DNA from: Lingula anatina
Lineage: Eukaryota; Animalia; Brachiopoda
DNA: 64,000 bases
NCBI GenBank assembly: GCA_051362555.1
Contig: CM120640.1
Coordinates: forward strand, 4,526,001-4,590,000
Reading direction: 5' to 3'
Shown: positions 14,121-27,301 of the stretch, one piece after another
Layout: each line of letters opens with the position of its first letter
Position numbering within the stretch: position 1 is the stretch's first letter
The notes under the pieces: model-generated
The model's input: the letters and a program-made list of their open reading frames with translations, nothing else
What the model was told of the DNA's origin: nothing
Databases searched by the model: none
Made by a program: the position numbers and the translations under genes

Positions 14121-17100
14121 TATTTTTAGTACTGTTTTCCCAAGATGGTGTTGTTATTATCTCTAATGTAGATCATTAGCTATTTAATTATTATCTACAA
14201 TTGCTTGATGTTTGTGCCGAGCTGTTTACATTGTACTGTAGAAAAATACATAGATAAGGTAATTTATGACAATTTTCAAAGACTGTATGTACCCATTTCA
14301 AACATTGTATTATTTAAGATTAAAATGTTTTAGTCACTCACCCTCTAACTTAAACTCATCTTGCTGTGGATAACTTTCTAATTAAAATCTTGGAAAGTGT
14401 GGACAAAATACTATTTTTTGAAATATAAATAAATTATTGTTCCTATTTGAGGAGAAATTACCATAGTTGCTTGGCATTGTTAGGGTAGAAGCACCTGTTT
14501 GGCTTGTTTCTGCATCCATGTGGGGTTAGTTTATTCTTGTGTGCTGCCATTTTTGCATCTTTTTCTGAACCATAGGTGCGTGAAAGTTAAATTTACACCA
14601 AATTTTGAATTAAAAAATCATGCCTACATTATATGCTCTCTAAGATAATACCTCAAACATTATTATGAACAGTTAGATATTATCATAGAGTTTCCTCAGA
14701 GTTCATGGATATCCCTGATATTTATATGTTTTGGCTCATTTATATTCAGTATTGTCCACATCAATAGCCAGTATAATTGTGGACTAAAAATAAGTCCCAA
14801 GTGCCCAGACATTCATACATACATACATAGTCACCAAAAAAAAAAAAAAAAGATTCCATGTTATGATTTTTTTTAGAGCAAGTATGATATCACTGCTGTT
14901 ATAAATACACAAATACTGGTCATTAATTATGTTGTCATAATCTTTCTTTTTCTAGTTTTCTTTAATTGAATTTGGTATTACCACTTGTCCCCATAAATAT
15001 GACTTTTATTTACTTATTAAATTGCCAAGAATTGGACTCCTTAGGAATATTTGCTAGGTATTTAACATATTGCTTATGAAAATCAAGATTAAGATGGATA
15101 TTTGGTATGTGTATAATGAATGTATCTATTTGTCACTGCTTTGTATGGTTAACATTATACAAGTTAGGAGAAATCATAAATAAACTAAAAGTCAACAAAG
15201 AAAAAAAACTTGGAAAGTTGTGTTGACAATTTTATATATCATGCTAGGTTTCTAGTTGCTTTCTATTAATACCTATTAAGAACTATTACTTTTGACTCAG
15301 TTTCAAAGATTGAAATTTAAAAGAATTATTCCTCTCTCTAGGATAAATTGTAAGGGGGGATCAAAGGTACAAACAGCCAGAATACTTGTCTCCAGAAATG
15401 ATAGACTAAAGGGTTTTCAAGTCTTTTCTTGAACTTGGTTTGATCATTACATGTATTTATATATTTGCCAGTCAAATTGAAGTACATGTCTTAACAGGAG
15501 TTGTGATTTCACACATGAAGGTGGTCAGCTGCATGGTACAGGAAAGCTCCTGGAGTACAGGTGATTCAAAACAATAAATAACTTAAAATAACTTATATAC
15601 ATATACATCTTTAAAAAAAAAAAAACAAAGATTTTTCAAAGAAAAAGATATGAGATTTTGTAAAAGTAGTCTCCAGAACTTATTTTACAGGACCTTTTAT
15701 TTTCTTATTTGATAATACAGTTACTGATGATGTATTTTGAAACAGCTGCCATCATTATCATAATTTCACACAAAAATGAATAATCCCTTGATTACTAGAC
15801 TGTCAGTTTGTCACTAAAGTTAGCGTGAAAGCAACAATGTACATACATTTGCTGCTGTATAGACTTGATAAAAGTACCACTCAGAGATGTGCATTAGTTC
15901 ATGCTAGGTTATGGCTTGTCCTTATTATAGTTGCTTCACATTTGCAATGTATAGTCTTAGTACAGAAGATCAATATCGTATTATTCCAAAGATAATAGGG
16001 TTTTATGGCAGTTTTTGTTAAATACATACCAAGCAAGTGACACTCAAGGACCAGACAGCAGTGTAGTTGTACTGTGAATTATCAGTTTGGTTTTGTTATC
16101 TGTGCAAATGTGATATATTGTTAGCACATGGAACACTTATTTCAGGTTCTCAACCTTTCAGTGCACTGGATGAGGTGTTTGATCCTTCAGAAAGCATGGT
16201 TTGTTCTTGTCCTGTTTTTTTTTCCTCATGTGACACCAAAGAAAAATAAATGAAATGTGAAGATATAGTGGATTTTTTTTTATTTTGCTGACAACAGACT
16301 GGAAGAAAAATGATAAGCTTTCGTAAAGCAATTTTTTTCCATTTTTTTCTGTTCTCTTTTAATGAAGTATTAAGTGACAATAACAAATTACACCTTGGTC
16401 TTTTACATAGCACAAATATTCATTACCAGAAAATTTCTGCAATTTTCACCCCTCTCACAAAGATACACCTATCCCATACGAGGGTAACTCAAAAATTAGC
16501 AACTTAAAACTCAAAAACTGGTTTATAAAACATGAATTTGCAAACTGCTTTGGATTCTGTATCGTAATTAAGGGGAAAAATAGCTGAAATTTCCAAGAAA
16601 ATGAATTTTTTTCTATAGGAATGTCCATGTCTCATTGTGTGACTTGGATGCAAATGCTGGGTTATATCACAGCAACTCCCAGCAATGGGGACACCAACAG
16701 ACAGAAAGGTGCCAACATATTTAAATCAACTTCCTGCCGGATAAAAAACAATTTATAACATATTACATGTATCAAAATTAACTTAGCACCCACAAGCACT
16801 ATACTTTGTGTACACAGAGAGAGAAATACAATCACTTCTGTGTCTCAGTCTTGCATAAAATGTGAAGTCTTTATGTGAAACCCTTTCAACATCAGCAATA
16901 AATAACACTCATAATGAAATTGTCAACTTTTATTTGATATATATATAACAAAATATATACCTGCATTTTTAGAACTTGATCCTACTTTTCCTGCATTTAC
17001 TTGTTAACCTATTAATAACTTAATCAATTAAACAGTTCTATCATTTACTAAGTGATATCTGGATAAATATATGATCCCAATTGCATTTTATTTTTCACAT

Positions 17101-18691
17101 ACCAATATTAAATATATGCCTGGTCCATGTACATTATAATTATACAGAGAGCACCTTATTAGCTACATGCACCCTGAACCCCTGCTCACCTCTTCAATTC
17201 TTATATCAATGAGAAAAAAATCTTCCTTTCATCATTTAACATAACTGCTCATAAAGCTCGACATTTTTAAAAGGCACTCAAAATATTAAATAAAATTTAA
17301 AAAAACAATCACTGTAATACTATGTTAAACTAATTGAAACTGTGGTGGCATTTGGTTGGGTTGGGTTTAGTGACAATATTTAACATATCTACTTGCTAAA
17401 TGTGCACCTTTAAAAATACAATTTTAAATAATTCAATAAAATTGCACAATCCTCAGTGTCAAGTTAAATGCTTTTGTAATATCCCTGTGAAACACAATAA
17501 GATAATTTTTGTCCAGAAATACAATGCTGGGTTAGAAAATGCGTAATCTCTTTGAAAAAAAGATTAATCTGTCACCTGCCTACTTGATGTTTGCAGGTTT
17601 TTTTTCATCTATTATTAAAATAATACATGTTATGGATTCTGCTACAACTTGATCTTTCCAAATCTCTGAAATTTAGATTTTATTTGCTCTTTCAACCACT
17701 GTGTACTTTCCTAGAAGGCAAGCCCCAGTCAGTGTTGTAAATTTGGAATTCCCCCCAGGAAGACAAAACTTGTCCAATATATTCTTACGTTACCTTTCTG
17801 GTATGTTATAGTGCCCATCCTGATTGAAACTATAAGTGTTGATATTGCAGAGGCTACAACACAGGTCATACAATCATACAAAGAGACTACAGTGTCCTTT
17901 ATTGTGACATTTTCTTTTTCAATTTTGCAGTGCCACATGGACGTAACACTTATTGTGACAGCAGTAAAACAATGTAGTAATAATACAAAAATTTGTGTTT
18001 AAGTAGATCATTTTTGAGAAATTCAAATTTTTTTTATCCATGCACAAACTGTAATATTATGTATACTTATAAGTGTATTAAAATATTAAAATACAAAACA
18101 GTGTTTGACTCATTTAACTTGAAAATAGAGCTTGCCAACCTAAGTTTACTACTCTATGCACCACAATGCTGGTTAGTACAGTAGGGTAAAACTAGTTAAT
18201 GGTCACTGAAATGTAAAGGGTAAATACCTACTTGACATAATCCATACTCAATACATAAGTGACTGCAGAATTAAGTAAAGTGCATTCTGGGTCCTGCCCT
18301 TAAGTGCGATTGCAATGACAGGCACAAATCTATCAAAGAAAATATGATATGTCATCATGAAATGTCAATAAGACTGCATATAAGGAGATTGCATAATACA
18401 TCAGAACACCCAGAAGGGCTTCGATGAATCAAATAATCAAAATGATGACTTAAGCAAACTTCCCAGAACTTCCAAACAACTCAAAACATTTGAGCATCAA
18501 GTGCAGCTACATCCACATAGTGCGTTTCATATATAATATACAATCAGCATAGACAGATGTGCTTTGAGAGACATACAGCTGTATCACTCCAGTAACAATG
18601 ACAAAAATCCATCCGTACATTTCACAGGCCTGTAACCAGCAATTTCAGATAGGGTTCTTTTTATGAAAAAGTGGACCTCTTATATTTCTTA

Positions 18692-18866
18692 GGCTGCATT
18701 CTGAACAGTGGACTTACTAGTCCGAGGGTCAAATATGGCAATCCACTAAAAATCTTGCCATCTAATCTGCTTAAAGATATTGAATAGATTCCCTGCTAGG
18801 AAGTATTCAAGTGGTTTGGCCATATTTGACCCTTGGACTAGTTAGTCCACTGTTCTGAATGTGGCC
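18692..18866. mobile_element. PIF/Harbinger-type MITE (TTA TSD), nested in an older CAGG..CCTG MITE (~18625-18981)
   Basis: ~57-bp imperfect TIRs GGCTGCATTCTGAACAGTGGAC.../...GTCCACTGTTCTGAATGTGGCC with TTA on both sides. Confidence 0.78.
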
Positions 18867-19088
18867 TTAGTTGACCCAACTCGCAAAATAGCACAGAACC
18901 TAAGATCAAATTTTGGTTCAGAGTGAATTTTTTCAAGCCAAAAATGTGCTGACATTGTTTCCTGCATGCCTATGGGCCTGTGTCATGACTATGGTGATCA
19001 TCCAAGATAACCTAAAAAGAGGCTGTCGGCAAGTGGGGTCACTTTTTAGCAATAAGGGTGTAATTCTATGCTCCCGAAATAATGTCTA

Positions 19089-19299
19089 AGACCCCATTCC
19101 CACAGATTTTAGATCGCTCTATCCCTGTGGGGAGTCTCACTAGATTACTGTCAGCTTAGCCGGCTTAAGCGTCTGTCCCGCCTACTAAAAGCTGTAAGGG
19201 GGTAATTAACTGTCGTGCGCGCTCGGCTGACTGCAATTTAGTGTGAACCCCCAGGGAGTTAGGTCGATCCGCATAGATCGATCTAAATCTCTCGGAATG
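19089..19299. mobile_element. ~210-bp MITE, copy 1 (inverted relative at 61795-62008)
   Basis: Ends CCCCATTCCCACAGATTTTAGATCG / CGATCTAAATCTCTCGGAATG; interior GGGGAGTCTCACTAGATTAC and GAACCCCCAGGGAGTTAGGT match the reverse complement of 61795-62008. Confidence 0.75.
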
Positions 19300-19544
19300 C
19301 ACTCTTAGAAAACAATGTGACAGAAAAAGGTGAATACACACTATTGTGCAAAAGAGCTGAAGAGAAAACCACCAGAAAATTACACAAGGGTAAATTCTGC
19401 CAACTTATTTTTTGTTGTCGCACTGCACTCACAATTCTGCCATTACTTCTGACCCCACTTCCTTCCAACTCTTGCAAAATCTCTTTATTTTACAGTAATT
19501 TTGCAAGATTTTAGGTTATCTTGGTTGATTGCCATCAACACTTC

Positions 19545-20287
19545 TCATTTACTCTGCTTCTTTAAATGTTCAACATATGTTTTGATGAGTTCTTCTTGCT
19601 CCACAGTTTCAATGGAATGAGGCCTCAATCGCCGTGTTTCTTCGATAGCTTGTTGCCCTGTCAAACCATGTTCTCTGGCAAGATAACATGCAAGCATTGT
19701 ACCCGTTCTTCCTCGGCCCAACATGCAGTGCACTGCCACTCCCTGGAAAGCATTGCCATAGTTACTGTCTGACAGAATGTTAATTTTTGCATTATGAATT
19801 TTATTTTCAGTTTTATATTTTCTTGCCTAGGTTAATTTGAAAAATCACTTGTTATCATACTGATATAACTTCAATTGCTTTTGTGTTAAAGCAATATCAG
19901 AAACAAGAATATATGCAACTGCAAACTAAAAGGATTCAGCACCTGGTCATTGATTTTGGCAGAAACACAAACAGTGCTGCTAACATGCCTTTAAATAAGC
20001 ATCACATAATCCCTTTTACAGGCACAGGGAAAGCTCTGACGGTATTGCAGGCTCAAGGGTCTGCTGAAAGCCAGACATTGCAGGCACTGCCAAGATGTTC
20101 TTCTGATACACTATTTATACATAGCACTGAGATCACATAAGCAATTTATAGGTTTTCCTTTGCCAAAATTCATTCTTAGAAAATTTTAGAAAAAAATTGG
20201 AGAGCATTATGATCACTGAAAATGTATGTACACCTTAGATTGGCAACTTAGAAATGATGGCCAGGCCCTTAAATTCAAATTATTTTT

Positions 20288-20328
<41 letters not shown>

Positions 20329-20996
20329 CGGTATATGCTAAATCAATTTTTGTAAAATCATAAACATAAAGGGCCTTTTCTCATATTTTCTGGCTATGGC
20401 AGACATAATTATCTTCAAATCAATTTTTTTCACCCAAAAAGCCATGTTTTTCCATGTATACAACTTGATGTGTATTTGTAGCTACCTCTCCCTTTTGTCT
20501 GGCCTCATCCACAAATCGAATAAAATCATCCACCTGGTAAACAGTTGGGGATGTAAAATCTTTTAACTTGATCTGTATGAGACGAAAACCTGAAATAATC
20601 AATGTAAATCCGATTAAAAGCAACACAGTGGTATGCATGGCAGCACAACATATGTCTGAATGGCATTTAAATCCAACTAGTGTGACCTTCCTGTGTTTGC
20701 AAATCAATTTCTATTATTAAAGTGATAACATCAAATAGAAGCATGTAGATATCTTTACCAAAAGAAAATCAATATGACAAAGGAATCTAATCAACACTAT
20801 TTACCCAGTTACCTAGTTACCTATTATTACCTGTGAATCCTTGAGTAGGTGGTGTCCTCTCAGCAGTTAGACTGATTAAATGTTTGACACCATTGTCTTT
20901 CATGTATTGTATATGAGCAGGGCTGGAAGGAAAGCCGCAGCCAGCCAGTACATTGTCTATCACCCAGGAAAAGTTTGGTGGCTTTTTACTGGCCAT
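19545..20996 (-). CDS. DUSP23: Dual-specificity phosphatase 23-like, 155 aa; exons 20996-20831, 20589-20486, 19742-19545
   Basis: N-terminus MASKKPPNFSWVIDNVLAG, general-acid loop KDFTSP, P-loop VHCMLGRGRTGTMLACY, C-terminal RRLRPHSIETVEQE; exons 166+104+198 nt join in frame at GT-AG introns; strong Kozak gccATGg. Confidence 0.93.
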
Positions 20997-22038
20997 GGCA
21001 TAGCCCTATTGAGCAGATGTGGCAGATCCTAGCCTACAGTTAAAAGTCACATCACATATTATCAACTAGAGACGTGAAAAGTTAATCTAAATTGAGTTTT
21101 AGTTCAGAATATATGACATGTATATGATGAGAGATACACGAAATTGATCAATACTTTCTGTGTAAGAGGTTTTTTGTAGTATGCTCATGTATGCCTGCAC
21201 CTGAATGATCTCTGGCCCACCAGATTAATGCACTGGGGTAATATGCTGATTATGACTATGTAGATGGAATTACATACTCAAGAATGGGAAAAAAGTATGA
21301 ATAATTATTTTAGCAACTCCTTTGAAATGTCAATCAAGATAACATGATGTTAAGCAAAAGTAGACTGGTTTGAACGCAACTCACGTCACCAATGCTTCTC
21401 AGGAATTTACTTTAACATATTGTGTTGGGAACGAAAACTCCTCTCATTGCAACATCATGTGGCCGTATTCTAAAGGCCTGTAGCCAAAATTTTCAATTTT
21501 TTTTTTTCTTGGAACTCTCTGGACCTTTCACCCTCTTAGGTGACTCAACTAGAAAAATGGCACAGAACCTAGATCATTCAACACCCCCCTCCCTAAAAAA
21601 GAAAAAAATGCCTGAGAGCCTGCTGTATTCCATTTACATTGATCTTAATTCCTCCCATGTGACCACTTCATAATAGTGTGAGACATGTATCATACTTGGT
21701 ACAGCATAAAGACATTAGTGAAATAAAGAAGATTATTCAAACTGGCATATATAAAAACAGAAGTGAAAAAAATCATAACTTTGCATGTCAACAACTGACT
21801 GCATTAAAGGGAATTGAAGTTTTCCATTTCGTAAATTGTTTTTTTACCTAGCAACCAAATCATGTGCCCAAAGCCACCATAATGGATCTGTGTTTTTTCC
21901 AGCAAAAAAAAAAAACATATTTCTGGAGCAAACAGTATATTTCTTTGACTAACCAACCTTTTATACTGTATTTCTGACACTTAACATAACTCTGTAACAA
22001 AGTTCCAGGCATTTACCAGTTAAAATATGATCAAAAAG

Positions 22039-22206
22039 CAGGGGCGGATCCAGAGTTATTTTCTGACAGTCTTCCAAATTATCTTTGTTGATCCATCCTC
22101 CATTTTTGACCGTCTTCCGACAGAAAAATTTAGATACCCGTCAATGTAAACTTGAAAATCTGACCGTCTTCCGGAAGACCCAGAAGACGCCCTAAATCCG
22201 CCCCTG
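22039..22206. mobile_element. hAT-like MITE; partial inverted copy at ~31611-31680
   Basis: TIRs CAGGGGCGGAT / ATCCGCCCCTG; AAAAAG on both flanks. Confidence 0.7.
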
Positions 22207-22747
22207 AAAAAGCATTACTTGTCCTCTACTTATTTCAACAAGAAGTCCATTATGTACTTAGTATGTGTTTGAATTTCTATGCTTTGTCATTAAATATTCA
22301 CATAAAATTTAGTTCTAAAATGTAGATAATTCAAAGCTGATCAATCTAAACTTTTTTTTTTTGCTAACAGTTTCACATCCCAGTGGTTTCAAAGTATTAC
22401 CCAATGGTTTACAATCATAACATGTAAGCCTACTGGACATGACATGACCCTGCAGATGTTTGAGCATCTGCAGTGGAGGCTAGAATTTGCCTTTCAGCAC
22501 TCTTTTCAAATGTTGATTTTGTGCTCATTCATCCTTGAAACAATGTTAAATTGAAGTTGTATGGACTTTACAGTTACCAAAAAAGGAAGCTTTAATCTGG
22601 GAATAAATCTACTTTAGGACCTTTTTTTCGTGGCTCATTTTGGCCAATTAGGTTGAACCTTCTTGGAAACATTCTTGATAAATCTGAACAGCTTGGAAAC
22701 AAGTGTAAATTATAATGCATGAAACTACTTGCTACATATGCTTAATA

Positions 22748-23126
22748 CACGCTCGGCTGTCACCTTGATTGGATAGTAACGAGCGACGGGATGATGTAGC
22801 CTGCAGTATTAGCGGTAAGCGTGCCAAGTTTTAGGCCGCTCCGATGCCCGGCAGTATTTTATTTCGATTATTCTGTTGGAACTGGGTCAGGTTTGTTTCA
22901 CAAGCTTCTTCTATTTTATTGTCTCTATGGAGGTATATGGGGACTTTACGACATTCGTTTTGAAGGCTTTAACCACTTGTTATAGTTTATTTTTGCATTG
23001 TATTGGATTAATGTGGCAGTCTTAGGTTGTCCTAGGTGGTTTTCAAGTTTATGCACCGGGTTTTAATATCATTTAGCGATTTTACGACAACCGTTTACTA
23101 TCCAATCAAGGTGACAGCCGAGCGTG
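22748..23126. mobile_element. MITE, 379 bp, ~31-bp TIRs, 8-bp TSD (hAT- or P-type)
   Basis: CACGCTCGGCTGTCACCTTGATTGGATAGTA ... TACTATCCAATCAAGGTGACAGCCGAGCGTG flanked by GCTTAATA on both sides (22740-22747, 23127-23134). Confidence 0.88.
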
Positions 23127-23645
23127 GCTTAATACAATCGGTCCTTTAAAACATAGAAATGGACCGAAATGGATAGAAATGGACCGAAATGGACCGAAAT
23201 GGGCAGAAATGGACCGAAATGGACGCATGGCAAACCTCTATGAGATCGCACTTGGGTTTTGCATAGTAAAAATAAACTTAGTTTTATACCAGAAAGAAGT
23301 TTTATTGAATTTTCTGGTGATACACCCTTCGAGGTAGTAATCGGGTCAAGGTCGCCATTTTCAAGGGATTCCACAACGAGGCTGTGGCGGTGATTCCACA
23401 ACGAGGCTGTGGCAGTGTACCTAAACATCGTCCTCAACCTAGCACAACCGACCACAAGCGTCCTCCCATATAAAATAGTAAAATACGGTAATAGTTGGAA
23501 ATTCCACATAAGATGGTGCTTTACTGATATAGAATATAGGGGAGACCTGAGCTAGTCAATTTATGAAAAAGTAACTAAAACAATTTAAAAAAATTGATCT
23601 CATCATTTTGTAAAAGGACAACATCTCCAATAATACCAAGAAAAC

Positions 23646-24606
23646 ACTGGTGTAAAATGAAAACCCGACTCCCGTGGATATCTGACTCCCCTAGTCAAAT
23701 TACCATAATGAAAATCTGACTCCCCCATGAAATTTTGACTCCTCTCCAAAAGACTTCATGAATCTTAATTTATTTGAGTATATGACTACGATCTTGTAGT
23801 ATGTAAAATGGGGGATACATTGGCACTATATATTTCTTAGTTTGCAGGTGAAAATTTTCATGAAAAAATAAATATGAAATTTGCACTTAACTGCCCATTC
23901 TCTCCCCTCTGAAAAAAGCTATTTATTTGATATGGGGTGATCATTTCTACACCTTTCTTTTTATTTTACTTTATGAAGATTATATTGAAAATATTTGAAA
24001 GTTTGATGTTTGAATATTAGGTGAGAAAAAATTAAAAAAAAAAACACGAAAATTAAGAAAATCTAAAATGTGCATTTTACCACCCATTGTCTCAATCTAT
24101 CAAATATCAATAGCTTTTTCATAGGGGAGTCATTGGGTGGTAGAATACTAATCTTTCATTTTCTTATTATTATCCAATATATTCTTCCTAAAGTACGCTA
24201 AAAGAAAATATTTTGAAAAAATGTCAAATAAATACTTTTTCATAGGGGGAGTCCTTGTGTGGTAAAATACAAATCTTTAATTTTTTTATATTTTTCATGA
24301 AAATTAAAACAAAAATTTAAGTGCCAATGTGTCCTCCATTATGCATACTACAAGATCATAGTCATTTACTCAAATAAAATAAATTTATGAATGTTTTGTG
24401 TGTGTGTGGGGGGGGGGGGGGGGGAGTCAAAATTTCCCAGGGGGAGACAAATTTTCACTATTGGACTGGGGAGTTACATTTCCATTAATCATGAAATTCT
24501 GACTCCCCTAAAATGTGACTCCCCAGTCAGATTTCCATAAATTATGGAAATCTGACTGGGGATCGAGTCACATTTTAGGGGAGTCAGAATTTCATGGTAC
24601 ACCAGT
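23646..24606. mobile_element. Foldback-type palindromic element (~960 bp) with GACTCCCC subrepeats
   Basis: Ends ACTGGTGTA / TACACCAGT; ~23770-23860 is an imperfect inverted copy of ~24290-24390; repeated TGACTCCCC/GGGGAGTCA motifs. No TSD seen. Confidence 0.65.
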
Positions 24607-26080
24607 CATAAAAATGTTTTTTTTTAACCGGATAGTGAAATGAAAGAAGTCGGCATCTAAAAAAAATTTGTTAGAGAATTAAAAATCTACTTTCATAGGC
24701 TTGTGATCGAATATAGTATATGTATAACCTGTATAGGGTATCAAAGTAAAGCTATAGTTGCTTCAAGTTTCACAGAAATGTAGGCCTATCAGCGTTGTTC
24801 ATTAGCACAAAAAGTCAATGGTTTTCTAAAATAATACTGGTTCAAAATTGAAATCATTTGTTTTCTTTTCATTTTATTATCATTAGTTTATTCCTAAATT
24901 AAAAAAGAAATAAGTTCGCTTAATAGATATTAAGATTCTTTCAACACATACCATGCAACGTAAAGAAACCTCAATATATATCTGCCGCGTCATCAAAGAC
25001 CAAAAGAATCAATTTAATGAGTAAAAATCTATTTCATGGCGTTTACATGGAATTATAACTGCATTTGAGTGCAAGGCCCAGAAACACGGCCTACCTCATT
25101 TGGCGGCACATTCGTCCACTCACGCTGTTCTACCTCTTACAGGTAAATATTGGCTTGATTGGTTTGCTTTTTTATTTAAGAGTTTCATGTTGTCTTATTT
25201 TGTTATACAGATAATTATTTTTAGTTTAGTTCATTTAGAATACTATTCATTTATTTTTTAGTTTTAGTTCACGTAAATTGTTCTGTTCGTTTCATCACAT
25301 TATTCAGACATTTGTCCACTCATGCCGTTCTATCTCTCATAGGTATCGCAATAAACAACATGTTTATAAAAAAATACCACTTCAAGTCTCTACCAGATCA
25401 GTCTGAGTCGTTTTTAAATAACAGTCCTGTTACAGTTTCATCAAGCAGTCATGCTAGGTATTCCTGTATTATAAAGGGTATATAGGTTTAGGTAGTTAAT
25501 TGGAACATATTGGAAGCCTTTCCTGAGAAAAGTGGGTGGTCCTGAAAAGGACCGTTTATAGGTAGGAAATGAGATTTCCTCAGTTTTCTTCGTTCAGCAA
25601 CTTTTGGAGGTGCCCGGGTACCATTGCCAGAGCTTTCTTAACTTTGATGCTGTTGATCTGCTTTCAGTTTGGGCAGTGCGATGTAGATGCCAGGTCGTAG
25701 TGCCACCCTGAGCCGCATTTCCATGGTCGTAGTTCCGCAGACCATTCACATGGGCGGCATTGCAAATCTGGAAAGAATCTGCCCCCTAAATGCAGGCAAC
25801 ATTATCACGGAAGTGCTGAAAGATAACCCCTTCACCTATTGGTATTTTGTAAAACAGATACCAATAATAAAGTACCAAACTACTGGACGTAGTGTCACAC
25901 TGGGCCATCCTCAAGGGTCGTAGTGTCGCAGACCTTTCACATGGGCTGTATCACAGATCTGATGCCCCAACTCCTAAACGCAGGCAACATTATTATGGAA
26001 CTGCTGAACCCTTCACCTGTTAGTATTATAAAAAACGGATATTAATAATAAAGTACCAATCACTATACTCTGGGCCGTCC

Positions 26081-26704
26081 CATTTTACTATATATTTTAC
26101 CTTGTCAAACTGAACTGTCGATTAGATTTACTTCGATTATTAAAGGCACATCTTTTCCATCTACATGTAGTTACAACTTAGTTGCTGTTTGTGTCTGGAA
26201 ATGAACAAACCATAGAATACGATTAAAATATGGTACCGCATTGACTCTTGGATACTTTAAAAAAATCCAAAGTAAAGTTTCATATAATGAAATGTTATGT
26301 AAAGTTATGTGGGTTTTAGATTTTTTACTAAAATATTGCCTTTTTTGCTTTATTCTCATACCTATTATTACTTTCATTTGATTCAATTTTACTTCGTTAT
26401 TGTCATAATTTCACTGATAAATTTATTCCTCTTTTTTTCATTAACACAATATTTTATTCTAACCCCTCAGAGAGGTATGTGAAAGAAATGTATACACTTA
26501 ACAATTGTTTTATCCTCTTTAAAGTTAATTTTATTTACTATATAAGACAAAGTGTCCCCTAGTGAGAAGAAATGGACAATTAATTTCCAGACACAAACAG
26601 CAACTAAGTTGTAACTACATGTAGATGGAAAAGATGTGCCTTTAATAATCGAAGTAAATCTAATCGACAGTTCAGTTTGACAAGGTAAAATATATAGTAA
26701 AATG
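26081..26704. repeat. Perfect 122-bp inverted repeat with 380-bp spacer
   Basis: 26081-26202 equals the reverse complement of 26583-26704; no mismatch seen. Confidence 0.93.
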
Positions 26705-27176
26705 AGATGAGTTATAGGGTGATGTCAAATGGCTATGACACAGGTAGGGACAGTGATCGATATATATGAGTCGGTTGGTATACCAAAACACCAGCTACAA
26801 CAAATAATAATGAAATCCCCTACATACATGTAGCACATCACTTCATAACAATAGCAAATCAAAAGCAGTCCAATGTGAAAAATTTTTTTAAAAATTATTC
26901 TGTGATCTGAGACAGCATTAAAACCTAATCCATTCTAAGCTAGTTAATCCAATTTACCTATTCAGGGATGAGACTACCATTTTGTAATAAAAAAGTATAA
27001 GATTAAAGTTTTTATTGCAGATCTGCATCAGCTGCAAAAGTAATATTTTTGGTTCCCAAAAATTCCAAAAGCTACCTGATTATGATCGTAACAATTATAA
27101 CAACCAAATAAGTAGACAAATTTTGTCATCCAACCCTGTAAGTATGTTTTCTTACTATCTTATCAATTCAGCTTAC

Positions 27177-27301
27177 CTGTGAGTCCATTGATTGCAAGAG
27201 GAACACTCAATAACATCGTATGTGCAAGCAGTTGAGCAGACACTGCATGGGTATCGAGGCTTCTTAGACTTCATATTAATACTTGGTTGTATCTTAGAAC
27301 T
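27177..27301 (-). pseudogene. Isolated exon encoding the N-terminal part of a PHD-type zinc finger
   Basis: Open frame SSKIQPSINMKSKKPRYPCSVCSTACTYDVIECSSCNQWTHR (C-x2-C...C-x2-C-x4-H) ending in AG|GTAAGC and preceded by TATAG; no intact downstream exon found. Confidence 0.6.

Noticed and set aside
23129-23509. 126-aa minus-strand ORF with VHFGPF repeats
   Set aside because: Translation of the 10-bp TIR subrepeats; no coding evidence.
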